From contig JAZUAZ010000237.1 of assembly GCA_045638245.1 (NCBI GenBank), positions 1 to 62,676 on the forward strand: DNA of 62,676 bases. The letters are read 5' to 3'. The notes beneath the pieces were generated by a model. That model searched no databases. It saw only the letters and a program-made list of their open reading frames with translations, and was not told the origin of the DNA. Source of the DNA: Acutalibacteraceae bacterium. GTDB lineage: Bacteria; Bacillota; Clostridia; Oscillospirales; Acutalibacteraceae. Of this stretch, positions 15,820 to 26,428 are shown in pieces (within the stretch, counting starts at the first letter, position 1; each line of letters begins with the position of its first letter). A program made the position numbers and the translations under genes.

Positions 15820-17805
15820 TTGGCAAAAGTAAAGCTTCTGCATTTTGAAATTGTATCTTTATTGAGTGATAGTAAGCGTATTATGGATTATATCCAGAAA
15901 ACCGGTGTTGCTGAGATTGAAGATATCAGGGATGATAAGCTCGGTAAGACTGATACTGCCGCAACAAGAGAAGAGTATGCTAAAAAGTATAATCTATCTC
16001 AGAAGGCTGCGTCTATTATTGAAAGAAGCTGCAATATCAAAAAAGGCTTGGTCGAATCCTTTACCGATTTCAGACACATTGACTACAGTGAATTCAGAGC
16101 TCTTTCCGATAAAGTCGATTTAATAGAAAGCATCTGCAGTGATATTGTACAGATTGATGCTGAAATTGAACAGACAAAGCAAAAAATCAACGAACAGAAG
16201 CGTTTGATTGATTTTTATACTCCGTGGTTAACACTCGATATTCCGATGGCGTCAAAAAGAACGCTGACAACAAGCATTTTTATAGGTACGTTGAACGGAG
16301 CATACCATGATTTTCAGATTAGCGGTATGATTAAAAAGATTTATGAGGAAATCGAAGAGTTTTCCGTTGAGGTAATCAGCCGTGATAAAATGCTTACCTG
16401 TGCCGTTGTTGTTGCTCATAAATCCTGTGCTGAAAAGGTTCAGGATGCTCTTAGACAAATAGGCTTTATTATACCTGAAAAGGTGTCTTCAGAACTTGTG
16501 ACAAAGTCGGTTGACAAAGTCAAGAAGGAGATTGAAGAACTCGAAAATAAGGTTACAGAGCTTAAAAAATCCCTTTCGGATTTTGCGGACAGTTATGATA
16601 ACATCAGGTTTTTAAACGACTACTCAACCATACAGATTGATAAATATGAGGCACTTGAAAATTCTGCACAAACTGAAAAAGCCTTCGTTATTCACGGGTA
16701 TCTTCCAGAGGAAATCAGTGAAGAGTTTAAGTTTGAAGCAGAAAAATCGTTTATCTGTCAAATAGAGTACAGTGAACCTGATTATGATAATCCGGAGGTA
16801 CCGGTTCTAATCAAAAACGGATCGTTTGCCGGAGGGGTAGAGAGTATTACTAATATGTATTCTCCACCTTCGAATAAGGATGTTGACCCTAATCCTATAA
16901 TGGCATTTTTCTACTATGTATTTTTTGGTTTTATGCTCTCTGATGCCGGATACGGTATTCTGATGGTATTGTTTTCTGTTATTGCAAAAAGGAAACTACG
17001 TAAATCTTCATCCGGAACCTCCAAGTTTATTAGTATGGTTTTTTACAGTGGTTTGTCTGCGGTTTTCTGGGGAGCGTTGTTCGGTGGATGGTTCGGCGAC
17101 CTTATTCCGATACTGTTTACTGAGTTTTTGGGATATGACAAAGGACCGAATCTTGCATTATGGATGGATCCTGTAAGCAACAGTATGACATTACTTCTTT
17201 TTTCTTTGGGCATGGGAATTCTTCAGTTGTTTGCAGGACTACTTATTAGGTGCTATATGCTTCTTAAAGATAAAAAATATGTATCGGCGTTTGCTGATAC
17301 TATACCGATTATAGTTTTTGTTCTTGGTTTTGCTGTTTTAGGAGCAGGAATAATTGTTGAAATACCAAAGGTAATTTCTGAACTGGGTGTACCGCTTATG
17401 GCTATCGGAGCCGCTTTGATCATACTGACGGGCGGTAGAAATTCAAAAAGCATTATAGGTAAATTCGGTGGTGGTTTGTACTCACTTTATACTGTTGCCA
17501 CAGGCTATATCGGAGATATACTCTCTTATTCAAGACTTCTTGCGTTGAGCCTGGTTACCGGTGTTGTTGCCGGTGCGGTAAATATGCTTGCAGCTATGAC
17601 CGGTAACATTTTCATTTTTGTAATAATTTTTATAGTTGGACATGTTATGAATATTGCTATAAATCTTATAGGCACTTACGTGCACACAAACAGACTTCAA
17701 TATGTTGAATTCTTTTCAAAATTCTATGAGGGTTCAGGGGTTGAGTTTAAACCTCTGAAATTAAACTCTAAACATTTTATTATCAAGGAGGAAAAAAAGT
17801 TATGA
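15820..17805 (+). CDS. ntpI: V-type ATPase subunit I
   Basis: TTG start 9 nt after GAAGGAGG. 661 aa with a soluble coiled N-terminal half and a polytopic C-terminal half containing the conserved Arg region (YSRLLALSL). Confidence 0.9.
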   Translation: MAKVKLLHFEIVSLLSDSKRIMDYIQKTGVAEIEDIRDDKLGKTDTAATREEYAKKYNLSQKAASIIERSCNIKKGLVESFTDFRHIDYSEFRALSDKVDLIESICSDIVQIDAEIEQTKQKINEQKRLIDFYTPWLTLDIPMASKRTLTTSIFIGTLNGAYHDFQISGMIKKIYEEIEEFSVEVISRDKMLTCAVVVAHKSCAEKVQDALRQIGFIIPEKVSSELVTKSVDKVKKEIEELENKVTELKKSLSDFADSYDNIRFLNDYSTIQIDKYEALENSAQTEKAFVIHGYLPEEISEEFKFEAEKSFICQIEYSEPDYDNPEVPVLIKNGSFAGGVESITNMYSPPSNKDVDPNPIMAFFYYVFFGFMLSDAGYGILMVLFSVIAKRKLRKSSSGTSKFISMVFYSGLSAVFWGALFGGWFGDLIPILFTEFLGYDKGPNLALWMDPVSNSMTLLLFSLGMGILQLFAGLLIRCYMLLKDKKYVSAFADTIPIIVFVLGFAVLGAGIIVEIPKVISELGVPLMAIGAALIILTGGRNSKSIIGKFGGGLYSLYTVATGYIGDILSYSRLLALSLVTGVVAGAVNMLAAMTGNIFIFVIIFIVGHVMNIAINLIGTYVHTNRLQYVEFFSKFYEGSGVEFKPLKLNSKHFIIKEEKKL

Positions 17806-18281
17806 GTAATTTAGGTCTTTTCTTTGCTATTTTAGGTGCTGCAATTGCAGTTGGTCTCGCAGGTGTAGGATCCGCTAAAGGTGTTGGTCTTACCGGTGAA
17901 GCTGCTGCGGGTCTTTTATCAGAAAAAACCGATATGTTCGGTAAGGTTATAACTCTTCAGATTCTCCCCGGTACGCAGGGTCTGTACGGATTTATTGTTG
18001 CACTGGTTCTTCTTAATAAAATAGGTGTGTTCAGCGGAGATATTGCCAACGTGACTCTTCAGCAGGGGCTTTCTCTCTTTGCCGCTTGTCTTCCTATAGC
18101 AGTTACAGGATTTTTCTCGGCAATTTATCAGGGACGTGTGGCGGCTGCAGGTATTTCTCTTCTCGCAAAACAGCCTACTATGCTCGGTAAAAGTATGACA
18201 CTTGCATCTATTGTTGAGCTTTATGCAATTCTGACTCTTCTTGTTTCCTTCCTTGCTGTTTTCAATATTTCTGTTGGTTAA
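17802..18281 (+). CDS. ntpK: V-type ATPase proteolipid subunit K (16-kDa, 4-TM)
   Basis: 159 aa and collinear with E. hirae NtpK as I recall it. Matching blocks are GSAKGVG, LPGTQGLYGF, YQGRVAAAG and IVELYAIL. Confidence 0.92.
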   Translation: MSNLGLFFAILGAAIAVGLAGVGSAKGVGLTGEAAAGLLSEKTDMFGKVITLQILPGTQGLYGFIVALVLLNKIGVFSGDIANVTLQQGLSLFAACLPIAVTGFFSAIYQGRVAAAGISLLAKQPTMLGKSMTLASIVELYAILTLLVSFLAVFNISVG

Positions 18282-18317
18282 TGTTTGTTTAAAATTATCA
18301 GGTGAGGAGATGATTTT

Positions 18318-18908
18318 ATGACGGGTCTTGAGAAAATAACCGAGAAAATTTTACTCGAATCACAGTTGAAGTGCGAGAAAATACTTGAGGACGGAGCCTT
18401 GAAGGTTAAAGAGATATTATCAGCTGCAAAGCTTGAAGGCGACGAAAAAGCCAAAGCTCTTATTGATTCTGCCGAAGCTGAAGCCGAAAGAAAGAATGCA
18501 ATTGCTAAAAGTAAAGCTGAATCTATCACCCGTAACAGATATCTTGAAATTAGAAATGCTATTCTCAATGATATTATTTCAGCAGCATATGAGACGGTTG
18601 AACGTCTTAGTGATGAAGATTATTTCGAGCTTATTAAAAAACTTTGCTACAAGCATATACAACCAGGCGAATGTTTTATGTATATGAGTGCTTCTGATTT
18701 ATTCAGATTGCCGGAAGGCTTTGAAGATGAAATAAATTCAGTTGTCTTTGAAAAGGGGGCAGTTCACGTTTCTGATTCGCCTGTTGACATTGAAAACGGA
18801 TTTATCCTTGTTTATGACGGATTTGAGGTTAATTGTACATTAAAAGCTGTTTTTGATGAATCTATGGATAATCTCAAATTCTCTCTTAGCAGAGTATTGT
18901 TCAATTGA
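18318..18908 (+). CDS. ntpE: V-type ATPase subunit E
   Basis: 196 aa with an N-terminal A/E/K coiled coil and a globular C-terminus. Its position in the operon fits. Confidence 0.85.
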   Translation: MTGLEKITEKILLESQLKCEKILEDGALKVKEILSAAKLEGDEKAKALIDSAEAEAERKNAIAKSKAESITRNRYLEIRNAILNDIISAAYETVERLSDEDYFELIKKLCYKHIQPGECFMYMSASDLFRLPEGFEDEINSVVFEKGAVHVSDSPVDIENGFILVYDGFEVNCTLKAVFDESMDNLKFSLSRVLFN

Positions 18909-18922
18909 TTCGGAGGGCATAT

Positions 18923-19891
18923 ATGAGAGATACGGATTATGCTTTCTGTGTTGCACGGATAAGAGCAAAAGAAACTGAGCTGCTTAGCTCTGAATTTATA
19001 AACAGATTAGTTGAGGCTGATGATTATGAAAGTGCAGTAGGGCTTCTTCTTGATGCAGGGTGGATTGAATCAGGGTGTGGAAATGAGGACTTTATCAGAA
19101 AGCAAAGCTTCGGATTGTGGAACTTTCTTAAAGAGAGTGTTCCCGACAAAAAAGTTCTTGACGGCCTGTGTGTACTTAATGACTACTTCAATATAAAAAC
19201 TGCTATTAAGTGCATAATCAGCGGAAATAATGCTGATATGTATTATTCTGAACCTTCTACCCTTGACTTGGATAAGCTTTGCGATAGCATTGACAGCCGT
19301 ACCTTTGATGTATTTAAAAGTGAGGCTATGAGGTTGACTGCCAAAAATGCATTTGAAATAGCCTGTATTACAGATAACGGACAGAATGCAGAAGTTGTTA
19401 TTGATGTTGCAACGCTTGAATGTTTACTCAAAATGTCAAAAAACAGCCCATATATGACATTTTCTGATATCTGCAGTTTTATTGTTGACAGCTCGAACAT
19501 AAGAACCGCTATTAGATGTACTGCTTTAGGTAAGGATGCTTTTTTTATGAATTCGGCTATTTCTGATTGCAGTAAAATAAGTAAAGACAGGCTTATCGAT
19601 AATGCCGCTACAGGTATTGATAAACTTAAAGAATATCTTATGAATAGTGAGTACGCTTACGGTGTTGAGTTGTATTTTTGCAATCCGTCATTATATGATA
19701 AATGGTGCGATGACAAAATTCTTGAAATAGCAACCCAATCGGGATATACCGCATTTGGTTTTGATCCTGTTTGTGCTTATTTTTACAGAAAAAACAATGA
19801 AATTAAAACCGTTAAGATGATACTGTCTGCAAAAAAGTCAGGAATACCGGTTGATTTGCTGAGGGAAAGGGTGAAGACTGCTTATGCTTAA
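18923..19891 (+). CDS. ntpC: V-type ATPase subunit C
   Basis: About 322 aa with a typical MRDTDYAF...ARIRAKE N-terminus. ATG follows GGAGGG. Its position in the operon fits. Confidence 0.85.
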   Translation: MRDTDYAFCVARIRAKETELLSSEFINRLVEADDYESAVGLLLDAGWIESGCGNEDFIRKQSFGLWNFLKESVPDKKVLDGLCVLNDYFNIKTAIKCIISGNNADMYYSEPSTLDLDKLCDSIDSRTFDVFKSEAMRLTAKNAFEIACITDNGQNAEVVIDVATLECLLKMSKNSPYMTFSDICSFIVDSSNIRTAIRCTALGKDAFFMNSAISDCSKISKDRLIDNAATGIDKLKEYLMNSEYAYGVELYFCNPSLYDKWCDDKILEIATQSGYTAFGFDPVCAYFYRKNNEIKTVKMILSAKKSGIPVDLLRERVKTAYA

Positions 19892-20195
19892 AATTGCTGT
19901 TATGGGTGACAGGGACAGTGTTTCAGGATTTGCCTGCCTCGGATTTGATACTTATTTTATATCTGATAAATCATCAGGCGATAAAAAACTCAGGGAGCTT
20001 TCTAAAGAAGGCTATGCAATAATTTATATTACTGAAGCTCTCGCTTCTGAGCTCAGTGATGAAATTGATAAATACAAAGATAGTGTTACGCCGGCTATAA
20101 TACTGATACCGGGTGTGTCGGGAAACACAGGCGAAGGAATGGCATCGGTTTTAAGAAGTGTTGAAAGAGCAGTAGGCTCACAGCTTCTCAACTGA
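19884..20195 (+). CDS. ntpG: V-type ATPase subunit F (NtpG)
   Basis: 103 aa, [18 protein letters not shown] start typical of V/A-type subunit F. Confidence 0.85.
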   Translation: MLKIAVMGDRDSVSGFACLGFDTYFISDKSSGDKKLRELSKEGYAIIYITEALASELSDEIDKYKDSVTPAIILIPGVSGNTGEGMASVLRSVERAVGSQLLN

Positions 20196-20232
20196 TGCTT
20201 CAAATCATCATATATTCAGAAAAGGTGATAAG

Positions 20233-22002
20233 ATGAACGAGGGAACAATTACTAAAATATCAGGACCGCTTGTTGTTGCATCGGGAATGAAGGATGCGAA
20301 TATGTTTGATGTTGTCAGGGTCAGTGAACTTAAGCTCATTGGTGAAATAATAGAGATGCATTCCGACCGTGCATCTATTCAGGTTTATGAAGAAACATCA
20401 GGTCTCAAAACAGGTGAAAAGGTTATTTCTACCGGAGAACCTTTGAGTGTTGAACTCGGTCCGGGGCTTATAGGTAATATTTTTGACGGAATTCAGCGTC
20501 CTCTTGTTGAAATTATGAAGCTTTGCGGCAATAATCTTACAAGGGGTGTAGAGGTGCCATCTCTTAACAGAGAAAAGTTATGGGTGTTTGAGCCTTGTAT
20601 TGGTGAAGGTGAGAGAGTTTCCGGTGGTGATATTATCGGAACTATTCAGGAAACTGAAGTTGTTTCTCATAAAATAATGATTCCTCCCGGACTTAGTGGA
20701 ATTATAAAAGAGATAACATCCGGAACATGTACTGTTGAGGATGTTGTTGCAATAGTTCTTGATGAAAAAGGTCAGGAACACGGTGTAGGAGTTATGCAGA
20801 AGTGGCCGGTACGTAAGGGAAGACCTTACGCCAGGAAGCTTTCACCTGATATGCCGCTTTTAACCGGTCAGAGAGTAATTGATTCGCTTTTTCCGATTGC
20901 TAAAGGCGGTGTAGCGGCAATTCCGGGACCTTTCGGAAGCGGAAAGACTGTTACTCAGCATCAGCTTGCCAAGTGGGCGGATGCCGATATTGTTGTATAT
21001 ATAGGATGCGGTGAGCGTGGAAACGAAATGACTGACGTTCTTAATGAGTTCCCCGAACTTATTGATCCGCACACGGGAAAATCTCTTATGGAGAGGACCG
21101 TACTTATTGCTAATACATCGGATATGCCGGTTGCGGCACGTGAGGCATCAATTTATACAGGCATAACAATTGCGGAATATTTCCGTGATATGGGATACAA
21201 TGTTGCACTTATGGCTGACTCTACATCACGTTGGGCAGAAGCTTTACGTGAAATGTCAGGACGACTCGAAGAGATGCCGGGTGAAGAAGGTTATCCTGCT
21301 TACCTTGGTAGCCGACTCGCTCAGTTTTATGAGCGTGCGGGTCGTGTCGTTTCACTGGGTAAAGACATGAGAGAGGGTACACTTTCGGTTATAGGTGCGG
21401 TTTCACCTGCGGGCGGCGATATTTCTGAGCCTGTAAGTCAGGCTACTCTGCGAATTGTTAAGGTTTTCTGGGGACTTGATTCGTCACTTGCTTATAAACG
21501 ACATTTTCCTGCGATTAACTGGCTTACAAGCTATTCTCTTTATGCAGGTTCACTCGGTAAATGGTTTAATGAAAATGTATCTGAAGACTGGACAGATCTG
21601 CGTTCTCAGATATTACGTTTACTTTCGGAAGAAGCTGAGCTCGATGAGATGGTCAAGCTTGTTGGTATGGATGCATTATCTGCTTCTGACAGGTTGAAAA
21701 TGGAATCAGCCCGCTCAATCAGAGAAGATTTTCTTCATCAGTTGGCTTTCCATAACGTTGATACTTATACTTCATCCTTCAAGCAGCTTCTTATGATGCG
21801 GCTCGTATGTGCCTTTTATAATCTTTCATCTCAGGCTCTTGATAATGGTGCGGATATAGGATGTATCTGTCTTATGCCTGTAAGAGAAAATATAGGCAGG
21901 TTCAAATATGTACCTGAAGATGAGGCTGAAGAGGTTTATAATAAAATAATGTGTGAATTAAATATTCAGCTTGATAACTGTACGAAAGGGGAGGATGACT
22001 GA
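20233..22002 (+). CDS. ntpA: V-type ATPase catalytic subunit A
   Basis: 589 aa. Walker A GPFGSGKT, non-homologous region present, [31 protein letters not shown] block. Confidence 0.96.
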   Translation: MNEGTITKISGPLVVASGMKDANMFDVVRVSELKLIGEIIEMHSDRASIQVYEETSGLKTGEKVISTGEPLSVELGPGLIGNIFDGIQRPLVEIMKLCGNNLTRGVEVPSLNREKLWVFEPCIGEGERVSGGDIIGTIQETEVVSHKIMIPPGLSGIIKEITSGTCTVEDVVAIVLDEKGQEHGVGVMQKWPVRKGRPYARKLSPDMPLLTGQRVIDSLFPIAKGGVAAIPGPFGSGKTVTQHQLAKWADADIVVYIGCGERGNEMTDVLNEFPELIDPHTGKSLMERTVLIANTSDMPVAAREASIYTGITIAEYFRDMGYNVALMADSTSRWAEALREMSGRLEEMPGEEGYPAYLGSRLAQFYERAGRVVSLGKDMREGTLSVIGAVSPAGGDISEPVSQATLRIVKVFWGLDSSLAYKRHFPAINWLTSYSLYAGSLGKWFNENVSEDWTDLRSQILRLLSEEAELDEMVKLVGMDALSASDRLKMESARSIREDFLHQLAFHNVDTYTSSFKQLLMMRLVCAFYNLSSQALDNGADIGCICLMPVRENIGRFKYVPEDEAEEVYNKIMCELNIQLDNCTKGEDD

Positions 22003-23375
22003 TGCCAAAAGAATACAGAACTATAAGTGAGGTTGCAGGTCCCCTTGTGCTCATACGCAGTGTCGACAATGTTGCATATAATGAACTTGGTGAGATTGAG
22101 CTCAGAAATGGTGAAAAGAAGCGCTGCAGGGTTCTTGAGGTTAACGGCACCGACGTACTGGTTCAGCTTTTCGAATCATCCACAGGCATAAATCTTTCTG
22201 ACAGTAAGGTTAAGTTTCTTGGTAGGCAAATGGAGCTTGGCGTGTCTGAAGATATGCTTGGACGAGTTTTTGACGGTCTCGGAAGACCTGTTGACGGTGG
22301 AGCATCCATTATCCCTGAAAAGAGAATGGATATAAACGGTACACCTATGAATCCTGCCGCAAGACAGTATCCGCAGGAATTTATACAGACAGGTATATCT
22401 GCTATTGATGGATTGAATACACTTGTACGCGGTCAGAAATTGCCCATTTTTTCAGCTTCGGGACTCCCTCATGCTGAACTTGCCGCACAGATAGCAAGAC
22501 AGGCTAAGGTAAGAAGCGGTGATGATAAGTTTGCGGTTGTTTTTGCCGCGATGGGTATAACCTTTGAAGAGTCAGATTTCTTTGTAAGGTCCTTCAAGGA
22601 AACCGGAGCTATTGACAGAACGGTAATGTTTTCAAATCTTGCTAATGACCCGGCAATAGAACGTATAGCCACCCCTAAAATGGCTATGACAGCTGCGGAA
22701 TATCTTGCTTTTGATAAAGGAATGCACGTACTTGTGATTATGACAGATATTACGAATTATGCAGATGCGCTCAGAGAAGTCTCTGCAGCAAGAAAAGAAG
22801 TTCCGGCAAGACGTGGTTATCCAGGGTATATGTATACTGATCTTGCCTCAATATATGAAAGAGCCGGCAGACAGTACGGTAAAAACGGTTCAATTACACT
22901 TATACCTATTCTCTCTATGCCCGAGGATGATAAAACTCATCCGATACCTGACCTTACCGGGTACATTACTGAAGGTCAGATTATACTTTCCAGAGAGCTT
23001 TACAGAAAAGGTATTACACCTCCTGTTGATGTTTTACCTTCTCTTTCACGACTCAAGGACAAAGGCATTGGTGAAGGCAAAACAAGAGCTGACCATTCAA
23101 ATACGATGAACCAATTATTTTCCGCTTATGCAAGAGGTAAGGAATGTAAGGAGCTTATGGTTATTCTCGGTGAGGCGGCTCTCACCGATATTGATAAGCT
23201 CTATGCTAAATTTGCCGAAGCTTTTGAGCAGGAGTATGTTTCTCAGGGTAATACAACTGATAGAAGTATAGAGGAAACTCTTGAAACCGGTTGGAGATTG
23301 CTTTCGCTTCTGCCCAGAAGTGAGCTTAAGCGTATTTCCGATGAATTCCTTGATTTGTACTACGTTGAAAAGTAG
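22002..23375 (+). CDS. ntpB: V-type ATPase subunit B
   Basis: 457 aa with [35 protein letters not shown] block. TGATG overlap with ntpA. Confidence 0.96.
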   Translation: MPKEYRTISEVAGPLVLIRSVDNVAYNELGEIELRNGEKKRCRVLEVNGTDVLVQLFESSTGINLSDSKVKFLGRQMELGVSEDMLGRVFDGLGRPVDGGASIIPEKRMDINGTPMNPAARQYPQEFIQTGISAIDGLNTLVRGQKLPIFSASGLPHAELAAQIARQAKVRSGDDKFAVVFAAMGITFEESDFFVRSFKETGAIDRTVMFSNLANDPAIERIATPKMAMTAAEYLAFDKGMHVLVIMTDITNYADALREVSAARKEVPARRGYPGYMYTDLASIYERAGRQYGKNGSITLIPILSMPEDDKTHPIPDLTGYITEGQIILSRELYRKGITPPVDVLPSLSRLKDKGIGEGKTRADHSNTMNQLFSAYARGKECKELMVILGEAALTDIDKLYAKFAEAFEQEYVSQGNTTDRSIEETLETGWRLLSLLPRSELKRISDEFLDLYYVEK

Positions 23376-23383
23376 GTGATATT

Positions 23384-24034
23384 TTGGCAGTTTTAAACGT
23401 AAATCCTACCCGTATGGAACTCACAAATCTCAAAAGAAAATTACAAACTGCCCGAAAAGGTCACAAGCTTCTCAAAGATAAAAGAGATGAACTTATGAGG
23501 CAGTTTCTCGAGCTTGTAAGTGAAAACAAGCAGCTCAGAATAAAGGTTGAAGAGGGAATTCGCAACGCTAATATGCACATGTCACTTGCATGCAGTACGA
23601 TGAGTGAGGAAAGTGTTGCAGTTGCTCTCATGCTTCCGACTCAGAGTGTGAATATTGACATTTCAAACAGGAATATTATGAGTGTTAACGTGCCTGAATT
23701 TAAACCTGTATTCAGAACCTCTCAGACAGACAGTATTTATCCCTATGGTTTTGCTTTTACTTCGGGTGACCTTGATGATGCAGTTAAAGCACTATCCGAT
23801 ATAATGCCTGATATGATAAGGCTCGCCGAGGTTGAGAAAACCTGTCAACTTCTTTCTGCGGAAATCGAAAAGAACAGACGAAGAGTAAATGCTCTTGAGC
23901 ACGTTATGATTCCTGATTACACGGATACAATCAAGTACATCACGATGAAACTTGATGAAAATGAAAGAAGTACCACTGCACGTCTTATGAAAGTTAAAGA
24001 TATGATGCTTGAAAATGCACATAACTACAAATGA
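23384..24034 (+). CDS. ntpD: V-type ATPase subunit D
   Basis: TTG start after AGGTGA. NVNPTRMELTNLKRKLQTARKGHKLLKDKRDEL is the typical subunit D N-terminus. Confidence 0.9.
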   Translation: MAVLNVNPTRMELTNLKRKLQTARKGHKLLKDKRDELMRQFLELVSENKQLRIKVEEGIRNANMHMSLACSTMSEESVAVALMLPTQSVNIDISNRNIMSVNVPEFKPVFRTSQTDSIYPYGFAFTSGDLDDAVKALSDIMPDMIRLAEVEKTCQLLSAEIEKNRRRVNALEHVMIPDYTDTIKYITMKLDENERSTTARLMKVKDMMLENAHNYK

Positions 24035-24038
24035 TTTT

Positions 24039-24073
24039 AAGGGGTACCTTTTTAATTCGGTACCTCTCTTTTT
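24039..24073 (+). terminator. intrinsic terminator after the V-ATPase operon
   Basis: GGTACC (24043-24048) pairs with GGTACC (24059-24064). The stem is extendable by G-U, G-C and A-T pairs. A 10-nt loop is followed by CTCTTTTT. Confidence 0.55.
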
Positions 24074-24076
24074 GAG

Positions 24077-24862
24077 GTGAATATGACTGATAAAGAGATT
24101 CTTTTTTCGCGTGTATATGATAAAAAGGCTGAAGCCGATAAAAATATGATGATTACACATACTGTCTTTTTGTCTGTTGATGAAATAAATGATATAAAAT
24201 TCACTGACAAGAAACTGCGGGAGGGTGTTGATATTTTTTATTACGGCGGAATTCCCGAAGCTGAACGCAGATGTGTGTTTTTTGTGCCCGAATGCTTTGC
24301 GATAAGTGATATATCCGAATATTTTAGTGAATCCAAAGCTGATAATCCTTTAATTGCTGTGAAGATAACTAAAGATAGATTTTCTGTTCTTACTCATCGT
24401 GATTATCTTGGCTCTTTGATGGGTCTCGGAATTAAAAGGGAGCAGATAGGTGATATTATCACTTGTGAAAACGGAGCTTATGTAATATGTTTTAAAAATA
24501 TAGCCCGTTTTATAACGGAGAATCTTACAAAGGGCGGCAAAGGTACTTTAACTTGTATTGTTACTGATATTGATGATGTTGAACTACCGGACGAAAAAAC
24601 AGAGATAAAATTTCATTCTGTTGCTTCACTAAGGCTTGATAATATTCTCTCTGCAGGATTTTCTGTACCGCGAACCTCGTGCAGTGAGTATATAAAACGA
24701 GGTATGGTTTTTGTAAACTCTGTTAGGGCAGTTAAGAGTGATGCCTTGATTAAGGTGAATGATAAAATTGTACTCAGAGGTAAGGGTAAGATAGTTTTAT
24801 CTGAGATAATAGGAGAAAACAAAAAAGGAAGAGTACATATCAATATTAAACATTATCTTTGA
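24077..24862 (+). CDS. ylmH: YlmH-like RNA-binding S4-domain protein
   Basis: 261 aa with a C-terminal S4-like segment (RLDNILSAGFSVPRTSCSEYIKRGMVFVN). Overall length and layout match YlmH. Confidence 0.7.
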   Translation: MNMTDKEILFSRVYDKKAEADKNMMITHTVFLSVDEINDIKFTDKKLREGVDIFYYGGIPEAERRCVFFVPECFAISDISEYFSESKADNPLIAVKITKDRFSVLTHRDYLGSLMGLGIKREQIGDIITCENGAYVICFKNIARFITENLTKGGKGTLTCIVTDIDDVELPDEKTEIKFHSVASLRLDNILSAGFSVPRTSCSEYIKRGMVFVNSVRAVKSDALIKVNDKIVLRGKGKIVLSEIIGENKKGRVHINIKHYL

Positions 24863-24872
24863 CATGTATAAA

Positions 24873-24911
24873 TCACCTGTAAACTCACAAGATAGTTACA
24901 GGTGATTTTTT
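24873..24911 (+). terminator. terminator hairpin whose 3' arm carries the SD of the next gene
   Basis: 10-bp stem TCACCTGTAA (24873-24882) / TTACAGGTGA (24896-24905) followed by TTTTTT. The AGGTGA in the 3' arm lies 6 nt before the ATG at 24912. Confidence 0.6.
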
Positions 24912-26342
24912 ATGTTAAATTTCTGTTCCAGATATGCACAAAACCTTGCTGCTGTAAACAAAACACTTCGGGTTGGCGAAAGCTTTGATATAATTGTAAA
25001 ACGCATAGAAATAGCGGGTAATAAGGCAACTATTTATTGTATTGACGGCTTCGTTAAGGATGAAATGTTTGAAAAAATGCTTGAATATCTCGCTAAGCTT
25101 ACTAAGGATGATATGAAAGGCGTTCTTTCAGCAGATGATTTTATAAACAGACATATAACTTACATCGAAACAAGTACCGAGACTGACATAAACAGATTCA
25201 TAACATTCGTTTTATCAGGCGCATGCGGTATGCTTGTTGACGGCTTTGATAAAGGTATAATTATTGACTGCAGGACATATCCCGCACGAAACGTTCAGGA
25301 GCCTGAATCTGATAAGGTACTTAGAGGCTCACATGAGGGTTTTGTTGAAACCGTTATTTTTAATACGGCTCTGATAAGACGAAAAATCAGAAACACAAAT
25401 CTTACTTTCAAATCTTTTCAGATTGGCACTGAATCAAAGACAGATGTAATTGTATGCTACCTCGAGGACACAGTAAACAAAAAGCAGCTGAAAATTCTGA
25501 CAGACAAACTTAACAGTATAAATGTAAAAGGTCTTCCTATGACACAGGAGAGCCTGAAAGAATGTCTTATTCCGGGACAATTCTGGAATCCTTTTCCGAG
25601 AGTTCGATATACAGAACGCCCGGACGCGGCAACAGCGTGTATTTTTGATGGAAATATAATTATTCTTACTGATGGGTCGCCTTCAGCAATGATAATTCCT
25701 ACCGGTATCTTCGATTTTGTGCAGGATATAAACGATTATTATTTTCCGCCGCTTATAGGAAGCTTTCTGCGTATTGTACGCAGCATAGTGTTTTTACTTT
25801 CTTTAATTTTCATTCCCACGTGGTATCTCTTGACTGAATATCATACCCGATTGCCGGATTTTCTGAAGTTTATGTTAATTGAAGAACCAAATACCGTTCC
25901 TTTGATTGCACAGCTGCTTATAGTTGAATTTGTAATAGATACTCTGAGATTAGCGTCGCTGAATACACCCAGTGCCCTGAGCAATTCTTTCAGTGTAGTA
26001 GGTGCACTTGTTTTAGGGGAATTTGCAGTCAGATCAGGTTGGTTTGTGTCAGAGGTTGTACTTTTCATGGCTTTTGTGTCTATATCAAATTTTACTCAAC
26101 CGAGTTTTGAGTTAGGGTATGCATTAAAGCTTTCACGTACATTTTTACTGATACTTTGCGGATTGTTTAAAATATGGGGATTTATTTCAGGAATAATCAT
26201 TATTTGTATTATTATTGCTTCAACAAGAACAATTGACGGTCATACCTATCTTTACCCGGTTATACCGTTTAATAAAGGTGCATTACGAAGCTTATTGGTA
26301 AGACGGCAGATAAAGTGCACTTATAAAAAAAATCAGGAATAA
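24912..26342 (+). CDS. spoVAF: GerA-family spore germination protein / stage V sporulation protein AF-like
   Basis: 476 aa with a soluble N-terminal domain (ALIRRKIRNTNL block) and a 4-5 TM C-terminal half typical of GerAA/SpoVAF. No adjacent gerB/C-type genes. Confidence 0.78.
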   Translation: MLNFCSRYAQNLAAVNKTLRVGESFDIIVKRIEIAGNKATIYCIDGFVKDEMFEKMLEYLAKLTKDDMKGVLSADDFINRHITYIETSTETDINRFITFVLSGACGMLVDGFDKGIIIDCRTYPARNVQEPESDKVLRGSHEGFVETVIFNTALIRRKIRNTNLTFKSFQIGTESKTDVIVCYLEDTVNKKQLKILTDKLNSINVKGLPMTQESLKECLIPGQFWNPFPRVRYTERPDAATACIFDGNIIILTDGSPSAMIIPTGIFDFVQDINDYYFPPLIGSFLRIVRSIVFLLSLIFIPTWYLLTEYHTRLPDFLKFMLIEEPNTVPLIAQLLIVEFVIDTLRLASLNTPSALSNSFSVVGALVLGEFAVRSGWFVSEVVLFMAFVSISNFTQPSFELGYALKLSRTFLLILCGLFKIWGFISGIIIICIIIASTRTIDGHTYLYPVIPFNKGALRSLLVRRQIKCTYKKNQE

Positions 26343-26366
26343 AAAATATATAACACTTAAATATAT

Positions 26367-26415
26367 AAAAAAAGCCGGAAACTACACTGAACCAGTGCGT
26401 GTTTCCGGCATTCTC
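26367..26415. terminator. convergent (bidirectional) terminator hairpin
   Basis: GCCGGAAAC (26374-26382) / GTTTCCGGC (26401-26409) with an inner CACTG/CAGTG stem. An A-run lies upstream. It sits between convergent genes. Confidence 0.6.
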
Positions 26416-26428
26416 TGCTTATATTGAA

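Noticed and set aside
15816-15848. 10-codon ATG ORF overlapping the ntpI start
   Set aside because: It is out of frame with subunit I. The TTG at 15820, 9 nt after GAAGGAGG, gives the conserved subunit I N-terminus.
20233-22002. Possible intein in the V-ATPase A subunit
   Set aside because: The length (589 aa) is normal. The sequence around the P-loop ([17 protein letters not shown]) is contiguous, with no insertion.
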